Positions 13,519-27,232 are shown, numbered from the whole stretch's first letter. The stretch: DNA of 63,758 bases, filler included, from Octopus bimaculoides (GCF_001194135.2; 4 parts of 4 records of this genome joined end to end with filler, not necessarily neighbours in it), one strand, 5' to 3'. Notes: generated by a model from the sequence alone, not told the origin. Program-made: numbers and translations.

Positions 13519-13540
13519 GATAATAATAATAATAATAATA
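11928..13540 (+). mobile_element. 5'-truncated RLE-type (R4/Dong-like) LINE: RT C-half, CCHC, RLE, 3' UTR and (AAT)n tail
   Basis: LEKCAKV...YKYLG...KEYYRRVR...HPKADVNRIYLPRS.RGRGL, frameshift, CRI(R)HEHDETVDHILTGC..RHDRV, frameshift, LWDMPINTDKEIKANRPDII...CLMIDV...EK..KYKDL, stop at 13383-13385, tail ~13460-13540. Confidence 0.95.
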
Positions 13541-13890
13541 GATGCCCTGGTGCAGTCCAGGCACTGGCTCTCATGGCTTCTGATCTTAACTGATTGGAAA
13601 TGTTATCATGACATATTTTGTCTTGGTATGAAAGATGAACTACAGCAAAAGTTCTGCTCAATACCACAGACTTGCTTGTTTGTTGTTTGACCTTCATTAG
13701 TTGAACATGTGCTTTGGTGCATTACTTATCACGAGCAGAACTTGTGGAGAGCATCGTAGCAATGTGTTGAGAGGAATTCTTTGAGGTTTGAATAATTCAC
13801 CTCTGGAAACATGGGTGTTTCGTTCAACATCCTTAAACAACCCTTATTCGTGGAGCTTTTACGCGGAATGGGCAACTCAACCTGAAGGAA
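13541..13890 (+). repeat. Unclassified interspersed-repeat fragment (SINE-like)
   Basis: Higher-GC, non-coding block starting right after the LINE tail. Recognised from memory as a common octopus repeat; not verified. Confidence 0.4.
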
Positions 13891-15085
13891 ATTCTACTTA
13901 TTTTATCGAAAGGATGAAAAGTAAAGTCGACCTCGGCAGAATTTGAACACAGAGCGTAAAGATGGATGAATTATGGAAGAATGACTTCAGGATGTACTTA
14001 CGATATACTCGTGTTTGGTTAAAATACTGTCAGAAACATTCTTATATTTCGCTCTAAAATTTTTTTTCCACTTTTCATATGAATAAATAAACGTACTATT
14101 TTTATCACCTGGCTGAAAGGATGATTCCAGAACATATATTCACATGGAAGTGCGTAGAGACTAAGTTAATCTTTTGCGTTATGAGTCTCAGGGCTCATGA
14201 CAGACCTAAACCTAAGTCTAAGACCTATAATGACATAAAATTAGAAGACATAGATGTTCTGCCAGTGAACGAAAATAATTGTGTCATCAGGGCTATTGGC
14301 TACTGGAGGTTACCTCGATCTAGTTAGATTCGAATGCTGAATCAGAAGTCAATGAACATGAAGCTGTAAAGCCTTTGACTTTACCAAGTCATACGTGACT
14401 ACATATCTACACACACACACACACACACACATTGATGTATGTGTGTGTGTGTGTGTTTGGAGTAAACTTAGTGTTAATATATGTATATGATCAGCGTAGA
14501 TTAACTGAATGAAAGGACTCATGTGTTCAGGTGAGTTATATATGGTAGTGTTTCTGTACACATACATGCCTGTATATATATATATATATATATATATNNN
14601 NNNNNNNNNNNNNNNNNNNNNNNNNNNNNNNNNNNNNNNNNNNNNNNNNNNNNNNNNNNNNNNNNNNNNNNNNNNNNNNNNNNNNNNNNNNNNNNNNNNN
14701 NNNNNNNNNNNNNNNNNNNNNNNNNNNNNNNNNNNNNNNNNNNNNNNNNNNNNNNNNNNNNNNNNNNNNNNNNNNNNNNNNNNNNNNNNNNNNNNNNNNN
14801 NNNNNNNNNNNNNNNNNNNNNNNNNNNNNNNNNNNNNNNATATATATATATATATACACATACAGTGATACTCTTACTGTTGTTGATCTTTAAAAGTTTC
14901 TTTATGCTGGCCTTCTATTAATAGTCTTATAAGCAGTTGCCATTCCTTGAGGTGGTTTACACGACAGATGATATATTAGTATCTAGAGATTGTGATGAAA
15001 CAACTGGACCCACCAATTACCGTTGGAAATTTGAACGACCTTTAACAGGTCACTCAGTGACATTATTATTATTATTCTACATATA

Positions 15086-15297
15086 AGGTGGCGAGCTGAT
15101 AGAAACGGTAGCACGTTGGATGAAATGTTTAGCGGTATTTCGTCCATCGCTACGTTCCGAGTTCAAATTGCACCGAGGTCGACTTCGCCTATCACCCTTT
15201 CGAGGTCGATAAATTAAGTACTAGTGAAACACTGCGGTCGACGAAATCGACTTGTCCCCTTTCCTGAAATTTCAGGCCTTGTGCCTTTAGTAAAAGG
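15086..15297 (+). mobile_element. SINE family A with 18-bp target-site duplication
   Basis: Family A head and body, flanked by ATTATTATTCTACATATA at 15068-15085 and 15298-15315. Confidence 0.88.
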
Positions 15298-15863
15298 ATT
15301 ATTATTCTACATATATTTTAGTTTTGCATGTATTTGTGTGTGTTTTCAAGTGTAAAATACATATTAATACGGGAGAATTAAAGAATGCAAGAAGTAATAC
15401 CAGAGAACCACTCCGGGCGAAATTCTTGCTAAACAATTTCTGGAAGTGGTTTAAATACATATGGATAGAAGTGTATAAAATGGTAAATATATGAAATTTA
15501 TAGTTTTAGCCATTATAACTTTCTGTGATCTTCAAATCTTTGCGTGTGCGTTTGTGTAAAAGAATGTTTATACACATATATTGCATAAATTATTTCTAGT
15601 ATGTTTAAATGACACACATCAAGTGTTTTGTGAGCAATAAGTTGAATTCAGGCAAAAAATTACATTTTCTGAAACAATAACAATAAATGGTGCAGTAACA
15701 GTAATGACAGCCGATAATGTAGCATCAACATGAGCAATAGCAGCGGTGAGTTGAAGAGGGAAATTCTTTTGCAGTCGTGTGAGGTGGAAAAAGACATCCA
15801 AATCCCCGTAAAATCCTACTCCTTCCTGTTCTAAAAAACGATGTGTCTCTAGATTTATCATGG

Positions 15864-15900
<37 letters not shown>

Positions 15901-16349
15901 NNNNNNNNNNNNNNNNNNNNNNNNNNNNNNNNNNNNNNNTATACATAAAAACCTTTCAGACATGCCGCTGAATCATGCCTGATCTGGGGTGTATACAATA
16001 ACTTCAATGATAAGAAATTGAACTATGTCGAAACGGAAGTATAGGAATAGTTAATTTTTAAGTCTTATTCTGTGTATGATTGTAGACTTAAGATTATTCT
16101 TTTCATGTAATCACCGTTATTACATAGAATCAGAAACCCGAAGTTTTGTTTGGAAATCATAAATCAAACGACAAAAATGTGAAATCTTATGAAGAATGAT
16201 ATAAGAGGCTCACAGAATAACTTCAAGAAGTCTGGGTTTGGTATGAATACACACATGCATGCAAATATACATGTTATACATATACATATGTGCACGCTCT
16301 CATAAACACACATACACACGCACGCGCACACACACATACACACACACGC

Positions 16350-16389
<40 letters not shown>

Positions 16390-16393
<4 letters not shown>

Positions 16394-16560
16394 GTATATA
16401 TACGATGGTCTTGTTTCAGACCAAATCCACTCAGAAGGCTTTGGTCGGCCAGAAGTTATGGTAGATGACACTCAAAGTGCTGTGCTGTGGGGGTGCCAGA
16501 AGCATGTGATTGGGAAACAAACTTCTTACCATACACCCACACATATCAGTTTTCTGATAT
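16390..16560 (-). mobile_element. SINE family B, 5' half, diverged
   Basis: Reverse complement resembles the family B head through the GACCAAAGCC..GAGTGGATTTGGT segment. Confidence 0.65.
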
Positions 16561-18060
16561 ATAAATACATACATACATACATACGTGTGTGTGTGTGTGC
16601 ATAATATATATATATATATANNNNNNNNNNNNNNNNNNNNNNNNNNNNNNNNNNNNNNNNNNNNNNNNNNNNNNNNNNNNNNNNNNNNNNNNNNNNNNNN
16701 NNNNNNNNNNNNNNNNNNNNNNNNNNNNNNNNNNNNNNNNNNNNNNNNNNNNNNNNNNNNNNNNNNNNNNNNNNNNNNNNNNNNNNNNNNNNNNNNNNNN
16801 NNNNNNNNNNNNNNNNNNNNNNNNNNNNNNNNNNNNNNNNNNNNNNNNNNNNNNNNNNNNNNNNNNNNNNNNNNNNNNNNNNNNNNNNNNNNNNNNNNNN
16901 NNNNNNNNNNNNNNNNNNNNNNNNNNNNNNNNNNNNNNNNNNNNNNNNNNNNNNNNNNNNNNNNNNNNNNNNNNNNNNNNNNNNNNNNNNNNNNNNNNNN
17001 NNNNNNNNNNNNNNNNNNNNNNNNNNNNNNNNNNNNNNNNNNNNNNNNNNNNNNNNNNNNNNNNNNNNNNNNNNNNNNNNNNNNNNNNNNNNNNNNNNNN
17101 NNNNNNNNNNNNNNNNNNNNNNNNNNNNNNNNNNNNNNNNNNNNNNNNNNNNNNNNNNNNNNNNNNNNNNNNNNNNNNNNNNNNNNNNNNNNNNNNNNNN
17201 NNNNNNNNNNNNNNNNNNNNNNNNNNNNATATATATATATATATATAATATATAATATATATATATATATATATACATATACATGCTGTAAGCGCAATGA
17301 ATTCAGTACTTAATTATTATGAGCAGTTGCAGAGAGAAACTGCTACTACAGCTTTCTTTCTCTCACCCTCTCTTTACTTAGCTGTCTACCTGTCTATCTG
17401 TTTATATGCGTATATTTGGTTAACGGAATGGCTTAACACAATTAAGTGATGTTTAGTTCATAGAATATATGATAGAGGTGCATGTTTTATGAGGATATAA
17501 GTTTGAGATCTTAGATCTGGCATGAAATTGAGGTAGTCAGTAATAAGTTTTAGTCTTTAAGTAGGGCTCTATCGATGTATTTAGTAAATGGGTATCTTAC
17601 AAAAATAGTTTAACACATAGTGTCATAACTAGAATTGTATTCACAGCGCCAGCTGACGAGGCGTAAATTAGTGGTAGGTTGTATTATGGTATACCAACTG
17701 GGTTGGGATTTCTTGACGCTAAAAAGTAGTATTGTGATTGGTTGATAATTAGTGACAAGTGCATGTGATTATGTAGTAGGTGTGGTTATGTTATAAGGAA
17801 CGATAATTTTTTTAAATATATTTTTAATATATCGTGTAATGTACTTCGGTACATTAAAATTAGGTTCACGAATTGATATTGATATTTTGTTCCAGTTGTG
17901 CATGGATAACTAAATGACGTATATCCAATGTTGCTAGTTAACGGGAGTAATTAGTCGAAATTGATTATATCTATAGAGTACAAAATATTAATTTCTCATT
18001 AAAAGTGTTTCGCATATGTATGTTTGTGTGTATTTGTGAGTGTGTGTTTGTGTACATATG

Positions 18061-18102
<42 letters not shown>

Positions 18103-18104
<2 letters not shown>

Positions 18105-18408
18105 TGTGAGTGTTTATTAAGCGAAATCTCCTAAAGCTCCACAAGGCTCCGGCAGGGGGTTGTGGCGAACCCTGCTTTACTCTTACACCACAACTTTCTC
18201 TCACTCTTTCTTCCTGTTTTTGTTTTACCTGTATTTCAAAAGGGCCAGCCTTGTCACACTCTGTGTCACGCTGAATATCCCCAAGGACTACGTTAAGGGT
18301 ACACGTGTCTGTGGAGTGCTCAGCCACTTACACGTTAATTTCACGAGCCGGCTGTTCCGTTGATCAGATTAACTGGAACCCTCGTCGTCGTAACCGGCAG
18401 AGTGCCAC
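18103..18408 (+). mobile_element. SINE family C, 5'-truncated
   Basis: Body matches 6955-7318 and 58408-58790; the tRNA head is missing. Confidence 0.85.
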
Positions 18409-18800
18409 GATATACACGTATATATAAATTATCCGTATAAGAAGAGACGCGTTTGGCGCTACATTTGGTGGTGAGTTTTTAAGAAAAATTAAAAAACGTA
18501 AAATAATATCACCTGAAAAATAAATTACCGTGTAAGTGGATTAACATTGCACTGTCACTTGTACATTTTGCTGCATTCAGTATCAGATCGAGTGACTAAG
18601 TCGTTCAGTTTATAATGCATCCGACACTGTTCCGTTTAAACATTTTCTCTCTGAAGTCAGTGAGTATAATGAGAAAAATAAAACAAAGAAAAATAAACCG
18701 TGTTCTGGAATCCACCCAAGATCTTGATTGAGAAGTAAACTTCTGAACTATTGAGACATATTCGGAATACTCACTCAAAGAAGCTGATGCGTATATATTA

Positions 18801-18852
<52 letters not shown>

Positions 18853-19580
18853 TGTGTGTGTGTGTGTATGAGTATATATATAACACACATTTATTTATAC
18901 ATATCCACACACACACACATAAACGTGTACATGGTTGACTGTCCGTCTCTCACCTCTCTTTCTCCTTCCCCGAATATATATATATATATGTGAGTGTTGT
19001 GTGTGTGTATTGACTGTAGACAATTATTTTCACAGTATGCATGCAAGTCTAAGCAGAAATGCACTAGCATAGATTATTTATTTTCCAGATAAGTAGACAG
19101 ATTAGGTTTATGTTTAGTAGAAAAGGATTATTTGATTAAATTTCTCTTTGGTTTAGTATTAAATATATTGCATAGCACTCAGTTTATGTGAATTAATTTG
19201 TACTAAAATATAGTTACGAGAATAGTTAAAATTGCCGTATTTTTTGGTTAAATTCCCCATAATCTGTCTTCATTATGACTGTAAGAACATATCTTTAACA
19301 TACTGAGATATAATTACTGAAATATATTTAATTAATGATGCTTCTGTATAAAACAAGCAGAATTTTGTAACTCATATATGAAACCTTCTCTCGCACTACA
19401 TGTACATGTGCACTCTTTAAAACTTTAATCTGTTCATCGTTTTCACGGCTGTAATACAATGAGAAAGTTTATTTACATTAATTGGGGCAACCAAATTCTT
19501 ATGTTAGAGGAGGCATATACAGTTGTATACATATGTGTGTTTGTGTGTGTGCGCGTCTGTGTGTGTGTATGTGTGTGTGT

Positions 19581-19617
<37 letters not shown>

Positions 19618-21681
19618 TGCATNNNNNNNNNNTAATTGCATATATGTACACATACACACACACACACACACACGTGTACGCACGCACATATACAAGCAAA
19701 CGGAAGGAAAATACACAATAGCAGAGACTGCCTGTTGTTTGGATGTTTGAGAATAAGGATCCATAAAGTCTTCTCAGAATCTCTTGTTGATCCTTCAGGC
19801 AACAGAAACATAATTACTAAGTGGCATGCTTTATATAATTGTTGCTGCTTAAGATAGCAATTTTATTGGTGTATCAACTGCTGCAAGGTATCGGTGTCCG
19901 ATCGCCGAAGTATGTAATGAACGTTACAATACATGTCATATCGACTTTACAAACTTTATCATAACATTGTCATCGGCAATGTTTTCTTTGGAAATTCTTA
20001 ACTTTTCAGTTCACTTGACTTGGTACATTCTAAAATAACGCTTAGATGTTTTTTTTCTCCAATAAAATTAAATAACTAAGTCTATAATCCTATTGAGCAA
20101 TCTATATTTGCCATTCACATTTTCTCTATTTTTGTTTTGTTTTCTTTTCTGCACCCCCAACCCTTTTTGAAGTTGGGGAAATGGAACTTTGCAAATGATA
20201 GAACACTGAGTAAACCTGTCTGAGTCGCTGTGCCTTCAAGAAATAGCAGTCAAATCTCCCTCTGACGCTACCTATTTTGAGAAATAAATATACATTATAA
20301 ATAAACCTAGATGTACTGCATGAACGAATGATCAGCTGGTCAAGGTTGGAAGGCATTTAATGAGATGTTTCATGGATCATAATTGACTAGGGGTAAACAA
20401 CAATAACTTTGTAAAATATCTTCCACGTGTAGTAATTCATACACTGTATAGAAAATTAATGAACCCTTAAGATAATTAGAGTAACCATTTGTCCAATGAC
20501 CAAAGTAAAAATGTTTATGGCAATACTAAATAGATACAGATGCTTAACTCAAAATAATTTGCCTTGTTCTAGACTTCAATGCCGTCAACGATGGTTCCTT
20601 TCTGTTTTATCTCAATTTTAGTTTATACACATTTACGCATGATACGACGGTCATGTGGCTTGGAATTTAATGGATTTCGTTACGTTAATCGTTTACTGCA
20701 AAACCTTAGACTTCATGAGTATACAAGAAGTAATTATTCAAGCAGCAAAACCTCAATTATGCAATTATTAGACCCTCAGTTCTTGCATGTGAGTGACGAG
20801 TATTCTAGGAAATTAATGATTGCTGAGTATAAATAGTTAATTCAATTCCTTCCTTGTTATTCAAAAAATATCAAAGATGTAAGAAATTGCAAGCAATTCT
20901 TTATTTTTTAAAATTCAAGATTTTGTACAGGTGCCACACATATACAGAAATGATGTAAACACATTCGAAAAGATCGAAAACAGGAAGAAAACATTAACTG
21001 ATTTTATTTTATATTTTTATATAATTTACACGATATAGTCGTTTTATCATTTCTCCTTATATATATATATATATATATGGACAGGTTACCTTGAAAATAC
21101 ATTCTATTAGGTTGACATATTGGCAACAACAAAAAAAATCTAAATTAAAAATTTAAAAGAATTTCTCTGAATTCTAAAGCTAGTTCCTTTGAAACAAACA
21201 TGAACGGGTGAAGTGGTTAAGTTTAATTGAAGTTTGTATCATAGCTTCTTCCAGACTTCTTTGTAAATATTCATGCCACTAGAAACCGCAATTAATGAAT
21301 TTCATTTAACCGTTTTACCATTTCTGTTACACGTTAATTAACAAGCAAGTGATTGCACCATGCAATTAGAAGGATTGATTATCATATATCTTTATCGGCA
21401 ACTACAAGTGTGAACAGCCCCGGAGAACTGTTAAAAATATGATTAGTGTATTCTCTGGCAACAGAATTCAGTTCTTTCTGAATTTCACACATTTCAGGTG
21501 TCTTCTTCCTTACTCTATCAGAACTCAACTTCACACGAATAAAGAGTGAATTAGGCGCTAACATACAGATAAGGCTGTTTTCACATACACATACGTATAC
21601 ACAATTCATATAGCATAGGTGTGTGTAGATATTTCAGTCTACACACACACACACACACACGCACACACAGATATATATGCG

Positions 21682-21716
<35 letters not shown>

Positions 21717-22054
21717 GCACACACACATACATACACGAGCATATTTTTCAGTTTAATATATGTGTGTATATGTAGGAATGCACACACATATACACAGTAT
21801 CTATGTATTGATCATATGTTACACCTGAATAGGATTTCAGTGTAATGAAGGTATTATTTCCGTATACAGCATAATAAGATGTGAAAATTTATTGCGATAA
21901 TAATTGTATAAGTCGACCGACACTGAAGAAAATCACACTTTCAAAACAAGGGAATGATTATGGAGATATAATGTATGTTGCTAAAGAAACTGTTTGAGCT
22001 CTTTGGCTGTCTGTACACGATTAGGCATAAAATTATACACACATACACGCATAT

Positions 22055-22098
<44 letters not shown>

Positions 22099-22929
22099 TG
22101 TATGTATATATATATATGTATGCATGTATGTATATATATATATATGTGTGTATGTGTATGTATAATACATACATACATACATACACACACACAGAGACAC
22201 ACACACAGAGACACACACACACACACACACGCACACACACACACACACACACACATATACATATATATATAGCATGTAAAGAATGTTCAAACGTTTAGTG
22301 GTGTGAACATGATAATAGTCATACAAGTTGCTACTTTTCATTTAATTGACGTTTTACGGCGGAAAGGCGTTATGGTAGAGCATATTAAGGGAGACAATTA
22401 CGTTCCGTTACTTAATAAATGAAAAAAATGTATGGTAAATAAACAAACGACATAACGTATACTGAATGTAAAAACGGACGCCAGACAAACAGAAGGTCCG
22501 AAATTCTTCATTAGTTATCGATTGGCAACATTCAATTTCGCACCTTTATACACACACACACATACACACATACATATGTGAGATACCGGCCATGATGAAT
22601 ACCACAAGGTATTGAAAATACGTATTCGCCTTTATATATTTAATCCTTTATATTGAACACTCAATATTTCATATATTCAATAAGACATATTCCATATATT
22701 CAATAAGACATTCAATACTTCATTTCATTATACCATCCATTTTTATATTATATATTATATATTCCATATTCTATATCCCACATTAATTTTACAAGAATAT
22801 AAATAAAACATAAAAAACAGACAGAGTTGGAACTCTTTTAAATAAAATAATATATTCCTCTATACACGATCATAAAAAACCCTTTTTTTGTATATATTTT
22901 TACTCACATATATATATATATGTATATGT

Positions 22930-23075
22930 TTGTGTGTGTGCCTGTGTTTGACCCCTCCCCACCATCGCTTGACAACTGATGTTGGCATGTTCACGTCCCC
23001 GTAACTTAGCGGTTCAGCAAAAGACACCGATAGAATAAGTACTAGGCAGTCAAGTGACTGAAACAAGTAAAAAAA
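22930..23075 (+). mobile_element. SINE family B, 3' half with internal deletion
   Basis: CATCGCTTGACAAC...GTAACTTAGCGGTTC...GATAGAATAAGTACTAGG...GACTGAAACAAGTAAAA. Confidence 0.8.
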
Positions 23076-23095
23076 AAAAAAAAGGAATATACATA

Positions 23096-23297
23096 CGAGG
23101 AGGGCTGAAACGTTCTTGGCTTTAAGGATATCGCGAAAGGCTTAGTTGGAGGTCCAACATTCCGAGTTCTCTTACAAGTCTTATAAGAAAATGAAGTGAG
23201 TGAATCTGAGAGCGAAATATGTTGGATAAAACCATAAATTGCTTACCTTCCTGTATTTTCTTTTACTCAAAGCTAGGAACCTTTCAATACACTCTCC
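23096..23297 (+). mobile_element. Mariner-type MITE (TA target duplication)
   Basis: TA|CGAGGAGGGCTGAAACGTTC...GAACCTTTCAATACACTCTCC|TA. Homologous to 60547-60764. Confidence 0.65.
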
Positions 23298-23298
23298 T

Positions 23299-23345
<47 letters not shown>

Positions 23346-24739
23346 TATTTGCACAACCTCCTCGAGTAAAACCTTTCACTACAGTTTGCTTGCATTGAGC
23401 ATCTCTGACTGTCACTCATTCCCACTCCATCTGTTGTTTTAGTTTCCCTTTGCCAGCGTGACCGATGAGAAATATAGTATTACAATTACGTGGATAGAAC
23501 CCATTTATTTACTTCAATAATGACCACAAGAAATTTTGTAAGTTTTCAATTCCCTTTTCTTTCTTTTGGGATATAACAGTGAGATCATAAAATGCAATAC
23601 TAAAAGCGATCGAAACTTTGCCTACATTCCAGTTTGGTTTAAGTATTTATGAAGTTTTTGAGATCAACTTCTGAGCTAAATTTGTGAAATCGATTTAAAC
23701 GTTCTCTAGCCTATAAAATAATTACATTCAGCCTATTACTGTGGATAAAGCAGTTTACAGCGGGTATTTTTATTTGTTTATCACCGGGTTATAAATAATG
23801 ACATTTGATATGGATGATTCATTTTTTAAAGGAAGAAACTGCGTTGCACATGAGTTTTTTTTTTATCACCTCCGAGACTAGATGGTGGAAGAGAAGAAAT
23901 TAACCTCAGTTTCTAAAACTTGCAACAGAGTTGATTTTATTAAAGTACCTAAGAGCCAAGTGGCGCAGTTCAGTCGGGTAACGGTGATTCGTGTTATAAA
24001 TACTGAACTGAAAGGGTCTGTTTCTACCTATATGTTGTGCATTTTATCAAATATAAACCGTTATTTCTATACGTAATACATTCTTTTAATTAATATCAGC
24101 AACCATCGGATATAATATCTTAACAGGCAAGCGAGGACGTATAGGATCCTTTGTTGTCTCCAGCCGGCTTACAGAAACGATGTTTCATAATTTCGTTCCT
24201 TTCTATACAGATTTCTTTTATTCTAATTATCAGTGTCTTGAGATCCTTGTCAGTTTCGACCAATTTCTCTGCTGAGACTAACTACTAGGGAGGTGCAAAA
24301 AGGGAATGTTTCTGTAGTTTGATTATGAAAGTTGTCAACTTCCAGACTAGCATTTTTGCATAAAAAAGATGGAAGACACAAGAGAATTAAAAAAATAAAA
24401 CAGTGGGAGAGAGAGTAAAGGAAGGAAGAAGACATGATTGTGGATAAGAATTACTCTTTTCTTTAGCATATAATTCTATAAAGCTGTAAATATGGTTAAA
24501 TTGTCGAGTTTCAGGATAACGTTCACTGAGCGGGACACTATAGAGGTGTTTCTTCTTTGACATCAACTTGGAAGTTCACAAGAAACGTAATTAAGTCTCT
24601 ACAAAAAGGATGAGAAAAAGCACCAATTTATTGCCGATGTATTGTTAATTTACTCTTTATTTTATTAGTTTCAGTTTAAATTAATTATTTCTCCATTAGT
24701 CATCTCAGGGGTTATATTGCTAATTAGCAAATTTCCCTT

Positions 24740-24804
24740 TCACAATCATCATCATCATCGCCTTCATCTTCTTTAAAATAATAATAACAACAACGACGAC
24801 GACG

Positions 24805-24848
<44 letters not shown>

Positions 24849-24864
24849 AATAATAATAATAATG

Positions 24865-24917
<53 letters not shown>

Positions 24918-24918
24918 C
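24740..24918. repeat. Compound (CAT)(AAC)(GAC)(AAT) microsatellite
   Basis: Seen directly. Confidence 0.9.
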
Positions 24919-25100
24919 AATATATTAATACGCTAAGGACGAAATGCGTTACGCTGTAACGTGATTAGTTGAAAAGAAAGGGGAAAAGCAAGAGAGAAAA
25001 GGGAAACAGAAGAGACGGCGAGAGAAAGAGGGAGAAATAAAAAAGGACAGGGAAGTGTCAACAACGTAGGGATGTTCTGGTGGTGAGGTTAAAGAAAGGC

Positions 25101-25150
<50 letters not shown>

Positions 25151-25389
25151 GTGAAGAGAAAAAGAAGCAGAGAAATGATAACAACGAGAAGAGGGGAATA
25201 ACCGTTAAAAAGTTTGTTGAAGTTGGCTGAAGAGAGAAAAAGACAGAAAAATAAAGTGTTTAGCAGAGGAAAAGTTTAACTATCATATATTATTGTGACT
25301 GACAAGAAAATAACATTTCAATATTCAATTTTTTTTATATCTTCTGTCTGTCGATCTACTTATCTCTCTATCCACATTAACAAATACAA

Positions 25390-25725
25390 CGATGGGTGGG
25401 TAAAAAGGGAAGGCCCTCTTCAGTCATAAATGACAATAGGATTGCGCCTAGATAGTCCCCAACCCACAAACCAGGAAAAGTTGATTATGGAAGACCAGTA
25501 GTCGCCCATGCATACCAGCCTCCCCTCTCCACGCCTCTGATGTTATCCAAGGGAAAGGCAAAGCTGATACAGCTTCACACCAGTGATGTCACAACTCATT
25601 TCTACAGCTGAGTGAACTCGAACAACGTGAAATAAAGTCTCTTGCTCAAGAACACACAACTTGATCCGGGAATCGAACCCACTACCTCATGATTGAGGGC
25701 CCGACGCTCTAACCACTGTGCCGGA
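25390..25725 (-). mobile_element. tRNA-derived SINE, family D
   Basis: Minus head CAGTGGTTAGAGCGTCGG...GGTTCGATTCCC, body TTGAGCAAGAGACTTTATTTCACGTTG. Homologs at 40450-40715 and 48472-48700. Confidence 0.8.
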
Positions 25726-26129
25726 CGGCAGAAGTAATAATAATAATTAATTCATCATGAATAGAAAGATAAATTTTTCAACGTACGGGAAATAACTTAC
25801 CAAGATAGCCGTGGGTGTTATAATTTTTCAAAAATTTTTTTATTGGAACTGAGATGAAGTAATCATGATTGGAAAACAGCTCAGACTGAGCTTTGTGAGT
25901 GGAAAATATTATGATGGAGGTGGTGATGATTGTGGTGGTGGTAGTGACGATGGTAACGGTGGTGATCATGGTTGTAGAGGTGGTGGTGGTGGTGATGGTT
26001 ATTGTATAGTGAAAAATGTAGTATTTTTTTTATTGAACTAAATATTTTAAATCACCTAATTACTTAATGCATGCGCATAAGTACAATTATCGTTTTCTCG
26101 CTCGAAATTTGATATTTGTTTATAAAATA

Positions 26130-26550
26130 TGGATAACAGACGATGGAAGCTAACAAGAGTCAGAATGAGGCGGTATAAGCAATGACGTAAATAGAAGCAG
26201 TGGGTTGGATCACGAGAACAATTATGGGAATATTGGAGTGTAGAAGGGAAAATATGAATCAAAGAATATAGGGTCTTTACTACAGTTGAGAGAACGTGTT
26301 CAAAATAGAATATCAAATGAAAATGAGATAGAACGTCAAAAAAAAAAGAAAAAGCGGGAAAATTGCAAACAAATGGTTGAAAGTTACCACATTGGTGACA
26401 TGAATATTCTTTGTAATCACTGTGAAGCTCTTAAATTTATAAATGTAGCTTTGAACTGCTGAGAGAATGCAAAAGTCATGCTCCTTCAATTACAGCCTTA
26501 TACCGAAGAATTGAGAGGTGTTTTTTTAAATGAAAATAAATGCAGAATAT
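26130..26550 (+). mobile_element. Helitron Rep-helicase N-terminal relic
   Basis: LRERVQNRISNENEIERQ (charged N-terminal repeat type), then YHIGDMNILCNHCEALKF....NC*ENAKVMLLQLQPYTEELR, matching the Helitron H..G.M...C..C.A.KF...CC..GKV.LP.L.P.P Zn-finger region. Confidence 0.7.
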
Positions 26551-26553
26551 ACT

Positions 26554-26611
26554 GGTAACATGTAACCCAGTACAACCTGTTGCATGGTCAGGTCATCGGC
26601 GACTAAACTGG
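26554..26611 (+). ncRNA. Decayed HDV-like ribozyme candidate
   Basis: P2 CCAGU/ACUGG (5/5), P3 CAA/UUG, L3 containing CC, P1 UAACAUG/CAUGGUC (5/7), P1.1 GG and J4/2 CUAA, in the canonical order. L3 is short. Confidence 0.4.
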
Positions 26612-27168
26612 CAACCCCATCAAGTTTGCTTGGTGAGGAGGGTGATTGTTGGACACACTGCGGGACCGAAAATAAGACCCGTCAAAAGGTGGAGGAACTA
26701 GTGTGTAGTCAACGGCCAATTCAACAAGTATCTTGTCGCAGTGAAGTGCTCGTGTGCTCCATTGACTCGGAGAGCTATGCTGGGGGAAGAGAAATCTTCA
26801 GGCAGGTCTTATCAGGCTAGACAAGTCGAAGGGTAGGAGACAGACAAAACCTTAACGACAATAAATCGAAGCGTCGGCAGCAGGGCGTGGGTTCAGTTAT
26901 CGGCAGGATATTCTTGACTTTGAACTAGCAGGATGTCATGCAGAGGATCTTGAATGCAAGACAATGGATGAGATCCTAATATTCCTAGTTAGATGGAAAC
27001 TGCGGGACCACATGGAGCAGCGCCCTGTGACTCTTATAGTATGCGCTACCGAAACTCCTAGAAAAGGGCGTCTTATAGGATGACCTAGATGAGAGATGAG
27101 ATGTATAAACTTACAATCATCTAAAAAGAATTCGTATTTTCCGTCCAATTTTCACGGTTGCTGCCAGT
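26554..27168 (+). mobile_element. Probable 5' region (UTR and degraded ORF start) of a non-LTR retrotransposon
   Basis: GC-elevated non-coding block that resembles, from memory, 5' regions of octopus RLE/RTE LINEs. Begins with an HDV-like ribozyme candidate and ends at (TAT)n. Confidence 0.5.
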
Positions 27169-27169
27169 A

Positions 27170-27232
<63 letters not shown>

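Noticed and set aside
15619-15963. 114-aa minus-strand ORF as an exon
   Set aside because: It starts across an N gap, and its 3' half is degenerate trinucleotide repeat; no recognisable domain.
19614-19641. TAATTGCAT duplicated on both sides of a 10-N gap
   Set aside because: This is typical of an overlapping-contig placeholder gap rather than a biological duplication.
21382-21609. Mariner N-terminal similarity (EIQKELNSV)
   Set aside because: Only a few residues match; no TIR or DDE segment nearby.
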